Assembly: GCA_035493895.1 (NCBI GenBank)
Contig: DATJHM010000048.1
Location: 725 to 64,724 of the forward strand
DNA: 64,000 nucleotides
Direction: 5' to 3'
Source: Ktedonobacteraceae bacterium
Lineage (GTDB): Bacteria > Chloroflexota > Ktedonobacteria > Ktedonobacterales > Ktedonobacteraceae
Both the position numbers and the translations under genes were made by a program. Shown here one piece after another: positions 7,746 to 14,200 of this stretch. The notes beneath the pieces were generated by a model that saw only the letters and a program-made list of their open reading frames with translations, ran no database searches and was not told the DNA's origin. Positions within the stretch are counted from its first letter, which is position 1. Each line of letters opens with the position of its first letter.

Positions 7746-7818
7746 GGGGGCGTGGTGCAGCGAAAGCATAGTACGCTCATTAGTACAGGACATCAGGTTC
7801 AACTCCTGGTCGCCTCCA
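7746..7818 (+). ncRNA. tRNA-like module 2 of cassette 5 (Ala-type acceptor, 8-nt loop GCTCATTA)
   Basis: Invariant GGGGGCGTGGTGCAGCG ... CGCCTCCA. Anticodon stem GTAC/GTAC and T arm ATCAGG-TTCAACT-CCTGGT. Confidence 0.55.
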
Positions 7819-7916
7819 CATTCACCCGAATATCTTATGGCCATTTATCCCCGCATTCTTGCCAGACCGATCTTGCAGAGATTTCAGCCAATAAAAAAAG
7901 AATTGAGTGGACTATC

Positions 7917-8951
7917 ATGACGCCAGAAGCTCTCTCAAGTTTTTTGCATAAGCTCGTCGAACATCGTCTGATGTTCAGTACTATGATCTGGGGCGCGCCG
8001 GGCATCGGCAAATCGAGCATTGTCGCGCAGACTGCGGCTGCCTACGAGATGGAGATGATCGATCTTCGCCTCTCACAACTGGCCCCGACGGATCTGCGCG
8101 GCTTGCCCGTGGCTGACAATGGTGTCTCGCGCTGGTATCCGCCCGAATTTTTGCCGCGTGAAGGCAAGGGCATTCTCTTTCTCGACGAATTGAATCTCGC
8201 TCCTCCCGCGATGCAGGGGATGGCGCAACAGTTGATTCTGGATCGCCGCGTCGGGAACTATACGGTTCCCCGGGATTGGTTTGTCTGGGCCGCAGGCAAT
8301 CGCAAAGAAGATCGTGCCGCCGTGTTCGACATGCCCGCGCCACTCGCCAACCGCTTCATCCATCTCACGGTCGAGGCGCACTTTGACAGCTTCAAATCCT
8401 ACGCCCTCGGACAGCACATTCACGAGCACATCCTGGCGTTTCTCTCTTTCCGTCCCGCATTGCTACATAAGCTCGATCCACAGCAGCCTGCCTGGCCTTC
8501 GCCTCGCTCGTGGATGATTGCCAATCGTCTATACAAAGTGGGCCTGGATATCTCGCATGTGGTCGGCCAGGGCGTTGCCGCAGAGTTTGCCGCTTTTCTC
8601 AAGCTCTATCAACAGTTGCCCAATGTCACTGAGATTTTGCAGGGAAACGGCGACAAGATTGGCTTCCCCGATGAGCCATCGCAGCGTTACGCCCTGACCG
8701 TTGCTCTGACTATGCGCGCCACTTCTCTGCAAGAAAGCTATCTGGCATTTCAATGGATGGCTGCGCATGCCGGACACGAATGGATACAGCTCTTTGCTAC
8801 CGATCTCTTCCGTCAGGCTCGCGCACGCAACGAACTGGGACGTCTGGCGACACTGGTGCAGCGCGATAAACGCTTACAGCAAATGTTCATTGAATACATG
8901 AAGTTGCTGGAGGAGCCCGACGCGTTGGAGGAAGCCGATGAGCAAGAATGA
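7917..8951 (+). CDS. MoxR-like AAA+ ATPase (AAA_5 type)
   Basis: Walker A GAPGIGKS, Walker B ILFLDELN, and AAGNRKEDRAAVFDMPAPLANRF. The likely start is the ATG at 7917 (MTPEALSS...). The ORF-track start at 7608 reads through cassette 5 and is rejected. Confidence 0.85.
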   Translation: MTPEALSSFLHKLVEHRLMFSTMIWGAPGIGKSSIVAQTAAAYEMEMIDLRLSQLAPTDLRGLPVADNGVSRWYPPEFLPREGKGILFLDELNLAPPAMQGMAQQLILDRRVGNYTVPRDWFVWAAGNRKEDRAAVFDMPAPLANRFIHLTVEAHFDSFKSYALGQHIHEHILAFLSFRPALLHKLDPQQPAWPSPRSWMIANRLYKVGLDISHVVGQGVAAEFAAFLKLYQQLPNVTEILQGNGDKIGFPDEPSQRYALTVALTMRATSLQESYLAFQWMAAHAGHEWIQLFATDLFRQARARNELGRLATLVQRDKRLQQMFIEYMKLLEEPDALEEADEQE

Positions 8952-10068
8952 TGCTTTTCAGCGCCAGATTTCCGCCGCGATCATTCAGTTGCGCCTGCAT
9001 TCGCCGTTCTTTGCAACGCTCGCGCTGTTCGCCAGGATTATTCCCACGCAAAACTATCCCACGGCGGCAACCGATGGACGCGATGTCTTTATCAATCCAG
9101 ATTTCTGGCGCGACCTGACGACCGCTGAGCGCCTGGGCTTGCTCGCTCACGAAGTACTGCACGCCGCGCTCCTCCACGTGCCGCGCCTGGGCCGACGCCA
9201 TCCCTTAACCTGGAATATTGCAGCCGATATTGTGGTCAATGGCATCATTCTTGCTCAGGATGGTTTTGCGCTGCCGAAGGGGCATCTGCGCTATGCGCAG
9301 CTTGAACAACTGAGTGTGGAGGAAATTTATCATCAGATCCAGGCAAATGCCGACGTACGCAAGCTTTTGCTTCCTCTGTTTGCCGATCTGCTGTTGCCCA
9401 CAGAAGGACTCTCTCCCGACCAGTATGCCGAACTTGAGCAGCACTGGAGGCAGGCCTTACGCCAGGCCGAAACGCTGGTCGAAGTGCTGGGACATGGCAC
9501 GCTGCCAGCAGGCTTGCGGCGCGAAATGACCCATCTCAGCCCCTCTCAACTGGATTGGCGAGCCTATCTCTGGCGCTTCCTGGTGCAAACTCCGACCGAT
9601 TTTGAGGGCTTCGATCGTCGCTTTGTGGGTCAGGGACTCTATCTGGACGCGCTCGCGGGGGAGAAACTGCGCGTCTTTGTGGCGGTCGATACCAGCGGCT
9701 CTATTGGCAGTAAAGAGATTGCGCAGTTTCTCGGCGAGGTGCAGGCCATCCTGGGTGCCTATCCACATCTGGAGGCCATCCTCTATTATGCAGATGCTGC
9801 CTGCTATGGTCCCTATGAGCTGACCCCTAACTCAGAGCTTCCCCCTCCGGTGGGTGGCGGCGGCACCGATTTTCGTCCGTTCTTTGCGGCCGTTGAGACG
9901 ACCCTCGATGCTTCGTCTCATGGCATCTGCATCTATCTGACCGATGGCTATGGTACCTTTCCCAGCGTACCACCCTCATTGCCCGTGCTCTGGGTCCTCT
10001 CTCCCGGCGGGATAAGCATCGAATATGTGCCATTTGGGGAAGCGGTACGCCTGATTCCCGACGTGTGA
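8938..10068 (+). CDS. vWA-like domain protein with N-terminal HExxH metallopeptidase-like domain (DUF2201-type partner of MoxR ATPases)
   Basis: HEVLH zinc-binding motif and a MIDAS-like VAVDTSGSI. The start overlaps the ATPase stop by 14 nt, which suggests an operon. Confidence 0.8.
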   Translation: MSKNDAFQRQISAAIIQLRLHSPFFATLALFARIIPTQNYPTAATDGRDVFINPDFWRDLTTAERLGLLAHEVLHAALLHVPRLGRRHPLTWNIAADIVVNGIILAQDGFALPKGHLRYAQLEQLSVEEIYHQIQANADVRKLLLPLFADLLLPTEGLSPDQYAELEQHWRQALRQAETLVEVLGHGTLPAGLRREMTHLSPSQLDWRAYLWRFLVQTPTDFEGFDRRFVGQGLYLDALAGEKLRVFVAVDTSGSIGSKEIAQFLGEVQAILGAYPHLEAILYYADAACYGPYELTPNSELPPPVGGGGTDFRPFFAAVETTLDASSHGICIYLTDGYGTFPSVPPSLPVLWVLSPGGISIEYVPFGEAVRLIPDV

Positions 10069-10101
10069 CCTGCGCGCCTCGCTTTCCCGATCTGTTTTGT
10101 A

Positions 10102-10431
10102 TTAGCGGTTCCGTTCGCTACGTACGAAGACTGTCGTCTCGATAGAGAGAAAGAGCACGAACAGAATCCCGATGACCAGCAGATTGATGAACGGATTGAG
10201 CAGGACAACCTGAGCGTATTCTGATCTGCCCATATAGAAGATACTACGGACCAGATCGACGGTGTAGCGCATCGGGACAAGCTTCGAGAGGATGTCCAGA
10301 TACCAGGGGAGATTGCGGACCGGCAGAAAGACGTCTGCCAGAAAGAATCGCGGGATGACAGTGAAGTACCCCACGGCTGAAGTTATCAAAATCCATCTAT
10401 TGAAAATCTTGATGTGCTCTTGCTCCTGCAA
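10102..10431 (-). pseudogene. ABC-2 type transporter permease, C-terminal fragment only
   Basis: The 109-aa ORF matches only the last TM segments of ABC-2 permeases (LPVRNLPWYLDILSKLVPMRYTVDLVRSIF). The upstream frame is broken by a stop, and the expected N-terminal part is occupied by repeat family X. Confidence 0.5.
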
Positions 10432-10576
10432 GTGTAGCCGGAGAAAGGATGAGAACCGGCATCATCCCCGCAGATGAGTTACCAGGAACCACATCGGATA
10501 GTAAAAAACGAAAAGATAGACAATGACGTTTGACTAAACAATCCAAATCCCTCTATGGATTGAAAGCATGTACGTC

Positions 10577-10969
10577 CACAAATTCATGCCGAAGAACCAA
10601 TTTCGCCCGAACCCTTCAGAAATTTCATTACCTGTCGAATATCTATAACAGAAGAGGAAAAATCCCTCCCACCCCGTTCTCACAACAACGATGTCGCCTG
10701 AAGAGAGACAGTGCAGCATCCAATAATGGGGGAAAGTGTAGGACTGGCGTAGGGGGCGTGTAGGCGTGAGATTCCCATCACATCGGCATTTGTGTAGGTT
10801 ATGTAGCTTTTTAGAAAAAAATCTCGTAGCGTAAAAAAATCTCGTAGCGCGTCACCAAAAGGATCCCAATTCCCTATCATCTCACCTCTCACCATCTCCT
10901 GTAGCTCTGGTGTCGAGGCGTGTAGGGTCAAGATCGCGATCACATCCACCCTGGTGTAGGATGTGTAGC
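10577..10969 (+). repeat. Repeat family X, copy A (roughly 400-bp non-coding element with multiple TGTAG motifs)
   Basis: Shares about 80-85% identity by eye with 28240-28542 (same orientation) and 53627-54067 (inverted). It contains a 17-nt tandem repeat, AAAAAAATCTCGTAGCG x2, at 10815-10849. Confidence 0.75.
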
Positions 10970-11052
10970 CCTGTAACAACTTGTCATAACGAATCCACCC
11001 ATTGGCCCGGAGAACCCATACCGGCATCGACACGCGTCGCGCCCCCGCAGAG

Positions 11053-11098
11053 GTAGGGATCGGGCTTTATGCCGATCCGCGAGCCCCCCGGCCATCGC
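11053..11098. repeat. REP-like element, family b (GTAGGGATCGGGCTTTATGCCGATCC) plus a CCCCCGGCCATC box
   Basis: A GTAG head is followed by an imperfect palindrome. The same architecture recurs at 16600-17120. Confidence 0.65.
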
Positions 11099-11205
11099 GC
11101 GCGACAAATCTGTTGAAAACGAAACAAAAATCTATATTTCACTATATTTTCTAAAACTAACTGCTAATACGTTTGATACAGAAATAGGTACATAGTATTA
11201 GTTTC

Positions 11206-11234
11206 TGTACAAAAATGAATAATATCCCTATAAT
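11206..11234 (+). promoter_or_regulatory. Possible promoter of the 1714-aa gene, inside an AT-rich leader
   Basis: TGTACA (11206-11211), a 17-nt spacer and TATAAT (11229-11234). GGAGG at 11271-11275 lies 9 nt before the ATG. Confidence 0.35.
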
Positions 11235-11284
11235 AAGTGGATATTGCCCCTGTCTATCAGTAACCCATCAGGAGGACGTCCTTT

Positions 11285-14200
11285 ATGTTATCGTGCTGGA
11301 ACTGCCACGCGGTATTACCAGAGGGAGCAAAATTTTGTGGACGCTGTGGAAATAAACAAGACACGGCAGCGTCTGTTCTACCATCTTCTCTTCTTACCGT
11401 TCCCCACTCTACTCAACTTGTAGCAACGGACCTTGTGCATCATGATCAACCTGTCGCAACGGACCTGCATCATGATCACTCTGCCGCTCCCACTTTTACC
11501 ATCTACTCGGCCGTTTTGCCGATCAAAACCTGGCTTGCAGAACATCGCGCGACCATTGCCGCAAAACTTTTGACGGTCCTTGTGTATGTCAATACCAGGC
11601 GCAATGAAAACAGAGAGCTTTTTGAAACCAATAGCGGAAGAGAAACTCCTCCGCTCGAAGATCGTTCCTGGGACAAAGTTGCCTTTATTGCCGGGCTGTA
11701 TGCTCGCTTTATGTGGCGCTATGAGTTGAACGCCGAACAGAAACGCAATCTCTGGGATGCCTTGTGCTGGTCCGTGCTCTATGAACGAGCTTTGCGCCCG
11801 AAGATGGCTGATGCCCGCTTTGCCGAACTGGTTGGCTTTTTTAATGGCTGCGCCGGGGATAGCGAATTCTTCGCCTATATGCTCCTGAGCATGCCGCTCT
11901 TACTTGAATATGTTGATACTTCCAATATCCACAAACTCCTGACCGCCAGTGAACGTCTGGGCAACTCATCGGATGTCGTGCATCTGCGCGCATTACTTCA
12001 CCAACGCCTCGTTATGCCTGCCGATGTGGATCTGGAGTCAACTCAATTGACGGTGCTGGCCGATCAGCCCGGCCCGAGACGTGAGTGGGCGCGTATCATT
12101 CTGGCTATTGAACATCTCTGGCAGTTTTTAGACAAAAAACGCGAGAGCAGTAATCAGCGCGCGCTGACCTTTGCCCGCGAAAATCCCATGGACTCGACCA
12201 CTCCTTCGCAACTGGCAACGCTGGGCGGGGTGATTTGTCGCAATGTCGTCTTTCGCTATGCTCACAATAGTACGTTACCTGGCAGCATGCTGACTGCTGA
12301 ACAATTGGCGGACGCCATCGCGCTGGCGGAATACTCGATACGCTATAGTTCAGGTGATTATATTGGTAAGGCCGAATATTATTATCTGCTCTTGAGCAGC
12401 TTACGCGATCTGCGGACACATGTACTCTCGGCCGATGTGCTCGTGAGCGCGCTGAAACGCCAGTTCGCACCCGAGGGATTGGCCCGAATATCGGAATTCT
12501 CCTGGTCCGATCTCCTCGGCATCGTGACGCGCTACCTGAGCGAGTGTCGTCTGGCGGAAACCATTGATGTGGTGGAGGTGGAGTCCTGGATACGCGCTCT
12601 GGCTGATCTTGCTCCTCAGTTTCAACTGGAGGCGCGCAAGGTGTTTGTGAGTGAGGTGCGCCAGCATGGCGTGCGCGACAGTATGGCTTTGCGTGCTTTG
12701 CAGGGCGAGTCATTGGAAATGGTCAGTGAAACACATGACAGGGGGCCACTGGCGTTTCTCGGACAGGAGCGCTACAAAGAGCTGCTGACCTGTATTCGTA
12801 CCTCTCGTCTGGATCGTCTGGGCGAAATTCTGCGTGAGGCGCGCCCGAAACTTTTCGCCGAACTGAGCCGTCTATTGACCGATCAGAAGTTTGCGGAGAT
12901 TCTCCCGCCCCGACGCTCATTGCGCATACGTGGTCGCAATGCCAATGCTCTCGATCGCTTTCAGGAGGCAAAAACGCTTATTCAGAGCGAGAATGTCGCC
13001 GAGCAACAGGAGGGACTTGCTCTCTTCGAGCGAGCTCAGGCTGATACTGCCCGCGAATATCAGCCCGTTGCACGCGAATGGCGTCTGTTCGCGATTGCCT
13101 GCGTCCGGGCGCGCTATCAGGCGGTCCCGCTGTGGGAAGAGGATCGCTGCAAGGGCGTTGCGTCCTGGGAGGAGATCTGGAATCTGGCCGTCTTCTATGT
13201 TCATGTTGGCAAGATCGATCAGGCGTTGGAATTGCTGGTGCCCGGCGTTGAGCGGCAGCGAGCCCCTTTCTCGCATCTGCGTTTTGCCCTCTATTGCAGC
13301 GTGCAGATTCTCGGACAGGGGTCACATTCGCAACACGAGAGCATCGAAGCCGCCGAAACGTTTCTTATGGAGCATCTGAAACAGTATCCCTTGCCGGAAT
13401 GCTATCTGGCATGGTCTTTATTGGTCAGTGAACGCGAGAGTGTTGATCGAGCGCAAAGTACAAACAATATGATGAAGCAACTGACGATCCTGACCAAATT
13501 TAACGAGTTGCTTGACCATCCCATCCTTATCCTGAAGCCAGAGGAGTCGGTCAGCGATTCTGCCCTGGAGACATTTGAAAAAGAACTCCGTCGCCTCGAT
13601 CTGGACGATGTCTGGCGTTTCTGGATTCACGACTATGCCCAACGCAACCGCTATAAATTCAGTGCCTGGCAGGCGCTGAGCGATGCGTACGAGCGCGCGG
13701 GCGAAAGTACCGGAGCTGAAAAGTCCCTGAAACATGTTGCAGATACGCAGCTTGATATGTATCTGAAGCAGCGCGAGAAAAGTAGTGCTGTTGTCTCTAA
13801 TCTGCTGCATCTGCGCAATCATCTATGTAAGTTGTTCGATTTTTATCAACGTCAGGGCCGTTTATTGGACGATGATGTCTTTGCCCGCTTTAAGCACTAT
13901 CGCACGACTGTCCCCGAACTATGGCATGAACGGGAGAGTGCGAATACGAAGTTGATCAAGCAGACACGTCCTCTGCTGGAGAAACTGGGGCGAACAGGCA
14001 GCACAAACGAGTCTTCTGCAACTCAAGCCCCACAGAAAGCCTGGTATGCGCTCGCTTCGGAGCTTACGACTGTCCAGGAAATCGCCACTCTGAAGAGCTT
14101 GCAGGCGCGCATACATACCCATGTCCATCTTCTGACGGATGCGCAAAAGCAGGGTCAGGACGATGTTGCGGGCGTCCTATCGCTGCTGGATGATCTCTGC

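Noticed and set aside
7608-7916. N-terminal 103 codons of the computed 447-aa ORF (7608-8951).
   Set aside because: The ORF starts at a TTG inside the TTGACA -35 box and translates straight through cassette 5 (promoter, hairpin and both tRNA-like modules). The ATPase domain begins after the ATG at 7917.
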